Of a DNA stretch of 64,000 nucleotides, positions 48,078 to 57,444 are shown piece by piece. The notes beneath the pieces are model-generated. The model had not been told where the DNA came from, searched no databases, and was given only the letters and a program-made list of their open reading frames with translations. Numbering within the stretch: the stretch's first letter is position 1; each line of letters begins with the position of its first letter. The stretch spans positions 92,087 through 156,086 of the forward strand of contig JAEWCL010000004.1 in the NCBI GenBank assembly GCA_023390655.1. Reading direction: 5' to 3'. Source of the stretch: Bacillota bacterium (GTDB lineage Bacteria; Bacillota; Clostridia; Christensenellales; CAG-138). Both the position numbers and the translations under genes were made by a program.

Positions 48078-50228
48078 ATGTCTATCAAAATCGCGCTTGC
48101 GGGGAACCCGAATTCCGGCAAGACGACCATGTTCAACGATCTGACAGGCAGCTCGCAATATGTGGGCAACTGGCCGGGCGTCACGGTTGAGAAAAAAGAG
48201 GGGAAACTCAAAGGGCGCAAGGACGTTATCATTCAGGACCTGCCGGGCATCTATTCCCTTTCTCCCTATACGCTCGAGGAAGTGGTCTCCCGTAATTATC
48301 TGATCAATGAAAAACCGGACGCAATCATCAATATTGTAGATAGTTCCAATATCGAGCGTAACCTGTACCTGACAACGCAGCTTGTGGAGCTTGGCCTCCC
48401 CGTTGTGATCGCGCTCAACATGATCGACGTTGTACGCAAAAACGGTGACGTCATCGATATGAAGAAGCTGAGCGAAGCGCTCGGGTGTGAGATTGTGGAA
48501 ACCTCCGCACTCAAGGGCCTTGGCACAAAGGAAGTAGCCGAACGCGCCGTGGCGCTGGCCCAGAAACAGCAGAACGCCGAACCGCTGCACACGTTTGGCG
48601 GTACGGTAGAGCACGCCATCGCACACATTGAAGACCTCATCCGCGCTCTTGTGGACGGTAAGCTTTTGCGCTGGTTCTCCATCAAGCTGTTTGAGCGCGA
48701 TGAAAAGGTGCGCACACAGCTCAAGCTGACAGGCGATATTGAAGCGAAGCTCGAAAAGATCATTGCCGACTGCGAAGCGGAGCTTGATGACGACAGCGAA
48801 AGCATCATCACCAACGAGCGCTATTCCTACATCAGCAAGCTGATGGACGCCTGCGTGAAGAAGCACCGCCCCGCCGGCAATATGACGGTTTCGGATAAGA
48901 TCGACCGCATTGTGACCAATCGGATACTCGCGCTGCCCATCTTCATCCTCGTTATGGGGATTGTGTATTATATCTCCGTCTCCACCGTTGGCGATTGGGC
49001 GACGGGTTGGGTAAACGACAGCCTGTTTGGCGAAATCATCCCTCCCGCGGTTGACGGCCTGCTCGCTTCCTGGGGTACGGCTGCCTGGCTGCACTCCCTG
49101 ATCCTTGACGGCATCATCGGCGGCGTAGGCGCAGTCTTAGGCTTCCTGCCGCAGATGCTCGTGCTGTTCTTCTTCCTGGCAATCCTGGAAGACTGCGGCT
49201 ACATGGCGCGCATCGCGTTCATTATGGATCGTATCTTCCGTAAATTCGGCCTTTCCGGCAAATCCTTCATCCCCATCCTGATCGGTACGGGCTGCGGGGT
49301 ACCGGGCATCATGGCCTCGCGTACGATTGAAAACGAAAGCGACCGCAGGATGACCATCATCACCACCACCTTCATCCCCTGTGGCGCAAAGCTGCCCATT
49401 ATCGCACTGATTGCGGGCGCGCTGTTCAACAATGCGGGCTGGGTCGCCACCTCCGCGTACTTCCTCGGCATCGCGGCCATCATCAGTTCCGGCATCATCC
49501 TCAAGAAATTCAAGGCATTCGCGGGCGATCCCGCGCCGTTCGTCATGGAACTGCCCACCTACCATGTGCCGGGCGTCAAGGGCGTGCTCATCCACATGTG
49601 GGACCGCGCAAAATCGTTTGTGGAAAAAGCGGGCACCATCATCTTCATCTCCGCGATCATTGTCTGGTTCCTGAGTTCCTTTGACTGGTCCATCCAGATG
49701 GTGGATACGGCGGATTCCATGCTCTCCTCCCTCGGCCGCGTGATCGCTCCCATATTCGCGCCGCTTGGCTTTGGCACCTGGGAAGCAAGCGTCGCCACCC
49801 TTACCGGCCTTGTCGCAAAGGAAAACCTCGTCGGCACGTTCGGTATCCTCTACGGCTTCGCCGAGGTTGCCGAGGACGGTGTAGAGTACTGGGCAAGACT
49901 GCAGGCCGCCTTTACGCCGCTTGCCGCCTATTCTCTGCTGGTATTCAACCTTCTGTGCGCACCCTGCTTTGCCGCGATGGGCGCCATCAAGCGCGAAATG
50001 GGCAGCGGCAAGCTGACCTGGTTTGCGATCGGTTACCAGACCATATTCGCCTATATCGTGGCGCTTGCCATCTTCCAGATCGGCTCCCTGATTACAACAG
50101 GCGTGTTCACGCTGGGAAGCTTTGCGGGTCTCTTGGTTACAGCAGCATTCTGTTACCTCCTGTTCCGCCGCAATCCCGCCGACAAGCGCCTCAAAGTTCA
50201 TGAAACAAAAGCGGAAAGAGCCGTATAA
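48078..50228 (+). CDS. feoB: ferrous iron transporter FeoB
   Basis: G-domain GNPNSGKTT, DLPGIYSL, NMID. Large C-terminal polytopic permease with gate motifs. Confidence 0.97.
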   Translation: MSIKIALAGNPNSGKTTMFNDLTGSSQYVGNWPGVTVEKKEGKLKGRKDVIIQDLPGIYSLSPYTLEEVVSRNYLINEKPDAIINIVDSSNIERNLYLTTQLVELGLPVVIALNMIDVVRKNGDVIDMKKLSEALGCEIVETSALKGLGTKEVAERAVALAQKQQNAEPLHTFGGTVEHAIAHIEDLIRALVDGKLLRWFSIKLFERDEKVRTQLKLTGDIEAKLEKIIADCEAELDDDSESIITNERYSYISKLMDACVKKHRPAGNMTVSDKIDRIVTNRILALPIFILVMGIVYYISVSTVGDWATGWVNDSLFGEIIPPAVDGLLASWGTAAWLHSLILDGIIGGVGAVLGFLPQMLVLFFFLAILEDCGYMARIAFIMDRIFRKFGLSGKSFIPILIGTGCGVPGIMASRTIENESDRRMTIITTTFIPCGAKLPIIALIAGALFNNAGWVATSAYFLGIAAIISSGIILKKFKAFAGDPAPFVMELPTYHVPGVKGVLIHMWDRAKSFVEKAGTIIFISAIIVWFLSSFDWSIQMVDTADSMLSSLGRVIAPIFAPLGFGTWEASVATLTGLVAKENLVGTFGILYGFAEVAEDGVEYWARLQAAFTPLAAYSLLVFNLLCAPCFAAMGAIKREMGSGKLTWFAIGYQTIFAYIVALAIFQIGSLITTGVFTLGSFAGLLVTAAFCYLLFRRNPADKRLKVHETKAERAV

Positions 50229-50294
50229 TGTAGCACCGGCGTTGCCGGAACGGATCGTCAATTGTACACCGTGCATCCTGAAGGAGGGATTTTT

Positions 50295-50444
50295 ATGCTG
50301 GCAACCATACTCATTAGCCTGGGTCTTGTTGCACTCGTTGCGCTTGTAGTTCTCAACATGGTCAAGAAGCGCAGGCGGGCTAAGGAAACCGGCGGCTGCG
50401 GCGGTTGTCCCGGCTGCTCTTCCGGCTGCGATCACTGCCATTAA
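50295..50444 (+). CDS. FeoB-associated Cys-rich small membrane protein
   Basis: MLATILISLGLVALVALVVLNMV (one TM), basic stretch KKRRRAK, then GGCGGCPGCSSGCDHCH. ATG at 50295 follows GAAGGAGGGA. Confidence 0.75.
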   Translation: MLATILISLGLVALVALVVLNMVKKRRRAKETGGCGGCPGCSSGCDHCH

Positions 50445-50525
50445 CCGGTGGCTTCGGCCGCGCCTGGGACCTAAGACAGGCGCGGCCCTTGCCCTATTTT
50501 ATAGACAGGACAGGATGTGTGGACC

Positions 50526-50939
50526 ATGGAGCTTTCCAATGCAAAAATCAAATATCTGCTGATCATCTCAAAGCTTGTGGAGCTTAAGGGCGAGGCGCGC
50601 TCGGTGGATATTGCCATTGAGCTTGGCGTAGCGCGGCCTTCCGTATGCCGTATGCTCAAAACCCTCGCGGATATGGGATTGATTGAGAAGCAGCCGCGCC
50701 AGACGGTAAAGCTGACCCAGACGGGGCGGGATATCTCAAGCTGCTACCTTGCGCAGTACAAGCAGATCTATCCGTTTTTCAAGCAATTTGCAAACCTCTC
50801 CGCTTTTGACGCGGAAGAATGCGCGCTTGCCATCCTTGGCAATCTTTCGCAGCGCTGCATAGACAGCCTTTGCTTGGGCATTGAAAACAGCGCCCGGGAA
50901 GGGCGCGAAATTGCCCCGCTCGCTCTGCTGCAATGCTGA
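50526..50939 (+). CDS. DtxR/MntR-fold winged-helix regulator, His-free and Cys-rich
   Basis: IKYLLIISKL...SVDIAIELGVARPSVCRMLKTLADMGLIEKQPRQTVKLTQTGRDIS follows the DtxR-family N-terminal HTH pattern. About 137 aa. Zero His and six Cys in the whole protein. Confidence 0.7.
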   Translation: MELSNAKIKYLLIISKLVELKGEARSVDIAIELGVARPSVCRMLKTLADMGLIEKQPRQTVKLTQTGRDISSCYLAQYKQIYPFFKQFANLSAFDAEECALAILGNLSQRCIDSLCLGIENSAREGREIAPLALLQC

Positions 50940-50955
50940 ATATACTTCCTCTCAT

Positions 50956-50988
50956 GCACGCGGAAATTCATTCCGCGTGCCTTTTTAT
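50956..50988 (+). terminator. rho-independent terminator of feo operon
   Basis: GCACGCGGAA-attca-TTCCGCGTGC (perfect 10-bp stem) followed by CTTTTTAT. Confidence 0.8.
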
Positions 50989-50992
50989 ATAA

Positions 50993-51006
50993 ACAATGCG
51001 CATTGT
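50993..51006. promoter_or_regulatory. perfect 14-bp palindrome abutting the eno -35
   Basis: ACAATGC|GCATTGT (50993-51006), followed by TTGCTA (51008-51013), 18 bp, then TATATT (51032-51037). Confidence 0.35.
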
Positions 51007-51014
51007 GTTGCTAA

Positions 51015-52400
<1,386 letters not shown>

Positions 52401-52418
52401 ATCGTTTATCTGATACAA

Positions 52419-52447
52419 AGCCCGCTCCATTTGGAGCGGGCTTTTTT
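52419..52447 (+). terminator. rho-independent terminator of eno
   Basis: AGCCCGCTCC-attt-GGAGCGGGCT followed by TTTTTT. Confidence 0.85.
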
Positions 52448-52474
52448 CAATAGTATCTCGCTGGGATTGTTCCG

Positions 52475-53578
52475 TTACTTCTCCAGCGTAACGCTTCCAA
52501 ACCGCGTCTCCTCCGCAAAGTCATACGCGCGCACCGTGATGGACGCGGGCAGCGTTTCCATTGCGGCAAGGGCGTTCTTTTGTACAAACCCGCCATCCTC
52601 TGTCTGTTCGATGCTCCCGATACCGGTAATGCCGTCGGCAAGGCGGTTGCCATTTGCATCGAGATACTCAAACCATAGACTTTTGGACGCAATCGTCCTT
52701 TGCTCCTCCGTGGCCGAAGGATCTATTTTAAAGTACAGCTCCGCATAAATTTCAAGCGCGGTCTGTTTCCACTCCACACGCTCTATTGTTACGCCGGCGC
52801 CCTCCACAACGGTTGGCTGCTGCTGGCGGTATATAATGGGCTCGTTGAAAGCCGGGGCTTCCAAAGTAAACGGGAAGCTGTCTTTCTTCTCGGCATCCAT
52901 GAGCAGCTTGGCTTGTGCGTCATAAGGAATAACGGAGGTCTTGCAGGTAAACTGCTGCTTTCCCGCATTGCCCGCGCCGGTACCCGAAAGCATCATGACG
53001 ACCGTCCCGTCCGCTTCCGTCAGATAATCCGCCGTATTCATCACATACTCCTCGCCAAGGAAGATGCCCGCGCCCACCTGAAGCAGCGTTTTTCCCTGCT
53101 GTGCTGCAAGCTCTTTTAGCGTGGCGTCCGTATCCGGGATGCCCATATTGAGAGCGGGGTCATCCGGCATCGCATCCATGCAGAGCAGCAAAAAGTCGTC
53201 CAGTTTTGTTGGCCGCGCTTCGAGCACCACATAAAACTGCTCCGCGCTATAAACCGCCTCACGCACGGAGAATGTTACAAGCGCATTGTCCGGTGTTTTC
53301 TGTGGCACCGCGGTTTGCACCATACCCGCCGCATTGTCCGGAAGTTGTTTGCCTCTTCTTGCAAAAAAGGACGCAATCCCAAAGTGTACCGCCGCCGCGT
53401 ATGCGGTCGTTGCGAGCAGCAGGATGCAGGCCGCGATCAGCACGGCATGCCGCCTGGAACGTTTGATTGTTGTATGTTGCATTGTTTCCCTCTCCTGGAT
53501 GCGGCCAAGGGCGATGCGTACGCTTTTTTGAAACGTGTCCGGCGCAGCGCCAAATGCATTTTTCCAATCGTCCATCAA
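52475..53578 (-). CDS. anti-sigma factor, DUF4179-like (single TM, large extracytoplasmic domain)
   Basis: Short cytoplasmic N-terminus, TM AVLIAACILLLATTAYAAAV, about 290-aa outside domain. ATGA overlap with the upstream ECF sigma gene. No ZAS HxxxCxxC motif. Confidence 0.65.
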   Translation of the reverse strand: MMDDWKNAFGAAPDTFQKSVRIALGRIQERETMQHTTIKRSRRHAVLIAACILLLATTAYAAAVHFGIASFFARRGKQLPDNAAGMVQTAVPQKTPDNALVTFSVREAVYSAEQFYVVLEARPTKLDDFLLLCMDAMPDDPALNMGIPDTDATLKELAAQQGKTLLQVGAGIFLGEEYVMNTADYLTEADGTVVMMLSGTGAGNAGKQQFTCKTSVIPYDAQAKLLMDAEKKDSFPFTLEAPAFNEPIIYRQQQPTVVEGAGVTIERVEWKQTALEIYAELYFKIDPSATEEQRTIASKSLWFEYLDANGNRLADGITGIGSIEQTEDGGFVQKNALAAMETLPASITVRAYDFAEETRFGSVTLEK

Positions 53579-54045
53579 CCCTGTCCCTCCTCATTTAATA
53601 ATTCTTTCATACGGTTTCTTGCGCGAAACAAACGGGATTTGACTGTTCCCGCAGGAAGGCGCATCATGTCTGAGATTTCCTTAATGTCATATCCTTCGAT
53701 ATAGTACAGCACCAGCGGCGTACGCAGCGTTTCATCAAGAGTAAACATCGCGTCATGGAGTGTTTCACCCGCATCCGGCGGTGCAGCGCGCTCGGGTACT
53801 TCATCCGTCACCATAACACGTTTCATACGCCGCCCAATGTTGTGGCACTCGTTGATGAGGATGCGCACCACCCAGGTCTGAAACAAGCGGTCATCCCGCA
53901 GCATCCGGCACTTGGCCCATGCTTTGCAGATACATTCCTGTACGGCATCCTCCCTGTCGCTTTCCTGTGATAAAAAACTGTACGATACGCGGTAAAGCGT
54001 TTGCTGCATATCCATGATGCGTGCGGCAAATTCCGCTTGGTGCAT
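53575..54045 (-). CDS. ECF-type RNA polymerase sigma-70 factor
   Basis: Region 2 (REDAVQECICKAWAK...FQTWVVRILINECHN) and region 4 HTH (IKEISDMMRLPAGTVKSRLFRARNRMKELL). 156 aa. Confidence 0.9.
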   Translation of the reverse strand: MHQAEFAARIMDMQQTLYRVSYSFLSQESDREDAVQECICKAWAKCRMLRDDRLFQTWVVRILINECHNIGRRMKRVMVTDEVPERAAPPDAGETLHDAMFTLDETLRTPLVLYYIEGYDIKEISDMMRLPAGTVKSRLFRARNRMKELLNEEGQG

Positions 54046-54101
54046 CGGGTCCTCTCCTTTCTAAAGGGAAGCTCTCCCCTTTTGACAGGCCTGTCATGCA
54101 T

Positions 54102-54129
54102 TAGACGGCTTAAGAGAAGAGAAGGTTCA
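54102..54129 (-). promoter_or_regulatory. ECF-type autoregulatory promoter
   Basis: Minus strand TGAACC (54129-54124), 16 bp, CGTCTA (54107-54102), about 55 nt upstream of the sigma start. It matches the general ECF -35 GAAC / -10 CGTC pattern. Confidence 0.5.
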
Positions 54130-54411
54130 TCAAAATTAAAGAATATTGTAATGCAAAATACCGCAGCCAATCCACTGCAAAGCCTTTGCTCCATAATGAT
54201 GGTCCCAAGGATTTGGGGAGCATCAAGCCGGAGATGAATATAGATTTCTATGATACTGGAAGATTACCGGAAAGCCAAACTTGTTTTGACTTCGATAGAA
54301 TATCATGAAATCAGCGCATTTACATTTTAGGTAAATTTGTAGTATTATTGGTTGTTCAGATTGGTAGTAAAAATACACTGAGAAGACTATATAGTCAGTA
54401 ATGAGGAATTA

Positions 54412-54978
54412 ATGGTTATTCTAATTGGTGGTGTCAGCTGTACCGGAAAAACAGCAATGGCGCAAAAATTGCTTGAAAAGTACAGGATTCCTTACTTATC
54501 AATTGACCATATAAAAATGGGGTTGATTCGTGGAAATAAATACTGCGATTTTACTGCAACAGATAGTGAAGACGAGCTGACAAATAAACTATGGCCCATT
54601 GTGAAGGGCATTATTATGACTACTGTTGAGAATGGACAACATATTATTATTGAAGGATGCTATTTGCCACCTGAACATATACAGGACTTCGATACAAAAT
54701 ATTTGGAGCAGATTATCGCTTTATACATAGGCTTTTCAGATAACTATCTTGAGAAGTGTTTTACTTCAGGTATTGTTGAACACAGAAGCGAAATAGAACA
54801 AAAAGACTTTGATGCCGATTATATGAACCGTGATCATTTTTGCAAGTTGCATCATCGGCTTAAAAAGCGCTGCAAAGAGAATAATGCCGTGTTCTTTGAA
54901 ATCAATGCTGATTATTCAGCAGAAATCAGTACTGTTTACCAGTGGGTTGATGAACAGGTAGAAAGTAAGCGACAATAA
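54412..54978 (+). CDS. stand-alone P-loop kinase (2-phosphoglycerate-kinase-like / AAA_33-type), low-GC
   Basis: Walker A at the extreme N-terminus: MVILIGGVSCTGKTAMAQKLLEKYRIPYLSIDHIK. 188 aa. Hand-counted lines are 35-43% G+C, against 67% for a line in the adjacent anti-sigma gene. Confidence 0.7.
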   Translation: MVILIGGVSCTGKTAMAQKLLEKYRIPYLSIDHIKMGLIRGNKYCDFTATDSEDELTNKLWPIVKGIIMTTVENGQHIIIEGCYLPPEHIQDFDTKYLEQIIALYIGFSDNYLEKCFTSGIVEHRSEIEQKDFDADYMNRDHFCKLHHRLKKRCKENNAVFFEINADYSAEISTVYQWVDEQVESKRQ

Positions 54979-54983
54979 TTCAA

Positions 54984-55006
54984 GAAGGAGGGTAACACCC
55001 TCCTTC
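54984..55006. terminator. stem-loop between convergent genes
   Basis: GAAGGAGGGT-aac-ACCCTCCTTC (perfect 10-bp stem). Poor U-run on both strands, so terminator function is uncertain. Confidence 0.4.
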
Positions 55007-55082
55007 CATTCGTGCAGATACTTATATTTGACGAGGATCAGTGTACTTTTGCAGAAGGAAGGCGCCTTCTAAATAAACTCAC

Positions 55083-55310
55083 TCACAGCTGTTCTGTGCC
55101 TTCCGTTTGCGGCACATATTCCATCAGATCCCCGGGCTGGCAGTTGAGCGCCTTACAGATACCCTCCAGCGTGCTCAGCTTCACCGCGCTGATCTTGGCA
55201 TTCTTCAAATTGGAAAGATTGGCGATGGTAATACCCACATGCTCGGAAAGCTCATTGAGAGACATCTTCCGGTCTGCCATCACACGGTCCAATCGGATAA
55301 CAATCGGCAT
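55083..55310 (-). CDS. XRE/Cro-type HTH regulator, YozG family
   Basis: MPIVIRLDRVMADRKMSLNELSEHVGITIANLSNLKNAKISAVKLSTLEGICKALNCQPGDLMEY. 75 aa. Confidence 0.85.
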   Translation of the reverse strand: MPIVIRLDRVMADRKMSLNELSEHVGITIANLSNLKNAKISAVKLSTLEGICKALNCQPGDLMEYVPQTEGTEQL

Positions 55311-55321
55311 GGCGGCCTCCC

Positions 55322-55876
55322 TTATACGGTGGTGTCGTGTTCCTGTTGCAGGATCACACCGTACCGGAACACTTCGGCAAGTATCAAAAGGCAGATACCT
55401 AAAAGAGCGCTGTCAGGCAGTAGTTGAAACTGAGGGCGAATCATAGGGGAAATTCCTTGCTGCACGTTGTACTGAAACAACGCTTGGGCCATCCGATAAG
55501 CGTTCCATTGCCCGGTGTAGGACTGCAAAAGCGCCAATATGCCCATCCACATCAGACGGCTTGCATTTTGCCCTGTAAATGGCGTACCTTTTCCCATGGA
55601 ATTCAAAATGCACTTTAGCAGCCACAAAAACGCAACGCCAAACAACATCCACAAGACATTAAAAGGAACAGTTTCCCACCCTGTCTGCACCCCCGGAATA
55701 GGTGAAAAAAGAAAACCTTCCGCAACATAGCCCCTCCATGTTATTTGTGTCTGCGGCGCAAACAAACCGACCAATAGAATGGCCGCTAAGGCCACTGCCC
55801 CAACCCAAAATCCGATATTCACAATAACCCGGATGATTTGAAAAGACCGCTTCCTGATCGGCGGTAGTTCGTTCAT
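55322..55876 (-). CDS. DUF2975-like membrane protein
   Basis: Four or five TM helices. Conserved pairing directly upstream of a YozG-type HTH gene. Confidence 0.7.
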   Translation of the reverse strand: MNELPPIRKRSFQIIRVIVNIGFWVGAVALAAILLVGLFAPQTQITWRGYVAEGFLFSPIPGVQTGWETVPFNVLWMLFGVAFLWLLKCILNSMGKGTPFTGQNASRLMWMGILALLQSYTGQWNAYRMAQALFQYNVQQGISPMIRPQFQLLPDSALLGICLLILAEVFRYGVILQQEHDTTV

Positions 55877-55925
55877 GGTATCCCCTCCCTTTTACCAACA
55901 GCATATGCTGAGACTTTGCGCATGT

Positions 55926-55962
55926 CAATAATTATTTATCGTACTACAATAAATAATTATTG
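55926..55962. promoter_or_regulatory. perfect 14-9-14 AT-rich inverted repeat, candidate operator
   Basis: CAATAATTATTTAT (55926-55939) / ATAAATAATTATTG (55949-55962), 50-86 nt upstream of the DUF2975-HTH operon start. Confidence 0.45.
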
Positions 55963-55977
55963 TTATATGGCAATGAC

Positions 55978-56021
55978 GCAAAAGAGGCTTCCGCATCAGA
56001 ATCATGCGGAAGCCTCTTTTA
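55978..56021 (-). terminator. rho-independent (bidirectional-type) terminator after alcohol dehydrogenase
   Basis: AGAGGCTTCCGCAT-cagaatc-ATGCGGAAGCCTCT (14-bp perfect stem) flanked by AAAA/TTTT. Confidence 0.75.
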
Positions 56022-56030
56022 TCGGCGATC

Positions 56031-57203
56031 TTAACGCGCCATCGTATAGATGTTGACGAGATCCGCTTCATCAATTGCACGGAAGCCGTGGAGCGTGCCA
56101 AAGCTCATATGGCACTTTTGCGCCATTTCCCTGATCTGCGCATCGGTAACATCATATCCAAGCGCATGAATGGAGGTGGGCATTTCAATGGACCGGAAGA
56201 ATTCCTCCATTGCCTCAATTCCGGCAACAGCGGTTTCCTTTGCATCGCCGGTATCCGCAGCATCCATCACGCGTACGGCAAGCTGCGCAAAGCGTTCGGG
56301 CTTTACGCTATACACATAGCGCGCCCAGCTTCCCCACACCGCGGCAAGCCCCGCGCCGTGCGCCACATCGAACAGCCCGCCAAGCTCATGTTCAAGCTTA
56401 TGGCTGATCCAGTCCCCCGTTGCGCCAAGTCCAGTGAGTCCATTGTGGGAGAGGCTGCTTGCCCACATCACTTCGGCGCGTGCCTTGTAATTTTCGGGCT
56501 CCGTCATAAGGATGCGCGCATTCTCCATCACGGTGCGCAGAAGCTGCTCCGCGATGCGGTCGGTCATATCCATGGTATCGCCGGTAGTGAAGTAGCGCTC
56601 CAGCGTGTGCATCATGATATCCACGCACCCGCTCATGGTCTGGTACTGCGGCAGGGTATAGGTAAGCTCCGGGTTCATGATTGCGAATTTAGGTCTGGAC
56701 AGATCGCTGTTATAGCCACGCTTGAGCCACCCCTCCTCTTTGGTGATGACGGAAGAGCTGCTCATTTCGCTGCCCGCCGCCGCAATCGTCAGCACCACGC
56801 CCAGGGGTAGGGACGCCTGCGCCTTCTGTTTGCCCGCATAAAGCTCCCAAACGTCAAACGGATTTGCAAGCCCATAGCAGATGGCCTTTGCGCTGTCGAT
56901 CACGCTGCCGCCGCCGACTGCAAGCACAAAGTCCACGCCCTCTTTTTTACAAAGCGCGATGCCCTCATATACCAGCGACAGCCGGGGGTTTGGTACGACG
57001 CCGCCCAATTCCACATAGCTGATGTTTTCTTCCGCCAGAGAGCGGAAGATGCGATCCAAGAGGCCGGAGCTCTTCGCGCTGCTTCCGCCGTAATGTATCA
57101 GCACCTTTTTGCACTTCTGCGCCTTTACGAGCGCACCCGTTTGCGCCTCCTCATTTTTGCCGAATACAACCTTCGTGGGCGCAAAATACTCAAAATTCTG
57201 CAT
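56031..57203 (-). CDS. iron-containing alcohol dehydrogenase (butanol dehydrogenase/YqhD-like)
   Basis: Fe-ADH layout: GGGSVIDSAK NAD(P)-binding loop, and HxxxH metal ligands in ...WISHKLEHELGGLFDVAHGAG. Confidence 0.9.
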   Translation of the reverse strand: MQNFEYFAPTKVVFGKNEEAQTGALVKAQKCKKVLIHYGGSSAKSSGLLDRIFRSLAEENISYVELGGVVPNPRLSLVYEGIALCKKEGVDFVLAVGGGSVIDSAKAICYGLANPFDVWELYAGKQKAQASLPLGVVLTIAAAGSEMSSSSVITKEEGWLKRGYNSDLSRPKFAIMNPELTYTLPQYQTMSGCVDIMMHTLERYFTTGDTMDMTDRIAEQLLRTVMENARILMTEPENYKARAEVMWASSLSHNGLTGLGATGDWISHKLEHELGGLFDVAHGAGLAAVWGSWARYVYSVKPERFAQLAVRVMDAADTGDAKETAVAGIEAMEEFFRSIEMPTSIHALGYDVTDAQIREMAQKCHMSFGTLHGFRAIDEADLVNIYTMAR

Positions 57204-57444
57204 TCCTGTTCCTCCGTCTCAATTTTGCTTTCAAACAGCAAGTTGCCCGGAGCATGCCTTCCAGGCAATTGCATCTTCTCAAAAATCCCGTCCTTTCCAG
57301 TATAACCATTTCTATGGGCGCAAGGAAGAGGAAACATGCAGATTGACGGCTGCGCAACAAGCAATACTGTACAAAGCAGTATATTTTGCAATATAATAAA
57401 CGTGATATGCCCATCATTTTTGCCCGTAACGATAGGGAGGCTCC

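Noticed and set aside
48045-50441. Two long minus-strand ORFs (349 and 434 aa) opposite feoB
   Set aside because: Both are entirely antisense to a well-supported FeoB with G-domain and permease motifs. They have no motifs of their own, and stop-codon depletion is expected at this GC content.
54114-54305. Stop-free stretch (EKRRFIKIKEYCNAKYRSQSTAKPLLHNDGPKDLGSIKPEMNIDFYDTGRLPESQTCFDFDRIS) at the edge of the AT-rich islet, considered as a gene remnant
   Set aside because: There is no start codon before the internal Met, no SD, and no recognisable similarity. It overlaps the ECF promoter and leader. I cannot distinguish it from chance.
57364-57382. ATACTG-TACAAAG-CAGTAT palindrome resembling an E. 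coli-type SOS box
   Set aside because: The spacing (CTGT-N6-CAG) does not match CTGT-N8-ACAG. Firmicutes LexA uses CGAAC-N4-GTTCG, and the downstream gene is not DNA-repair related. It is kept only as a possible local operator, mentioned under the CDGSH finding.
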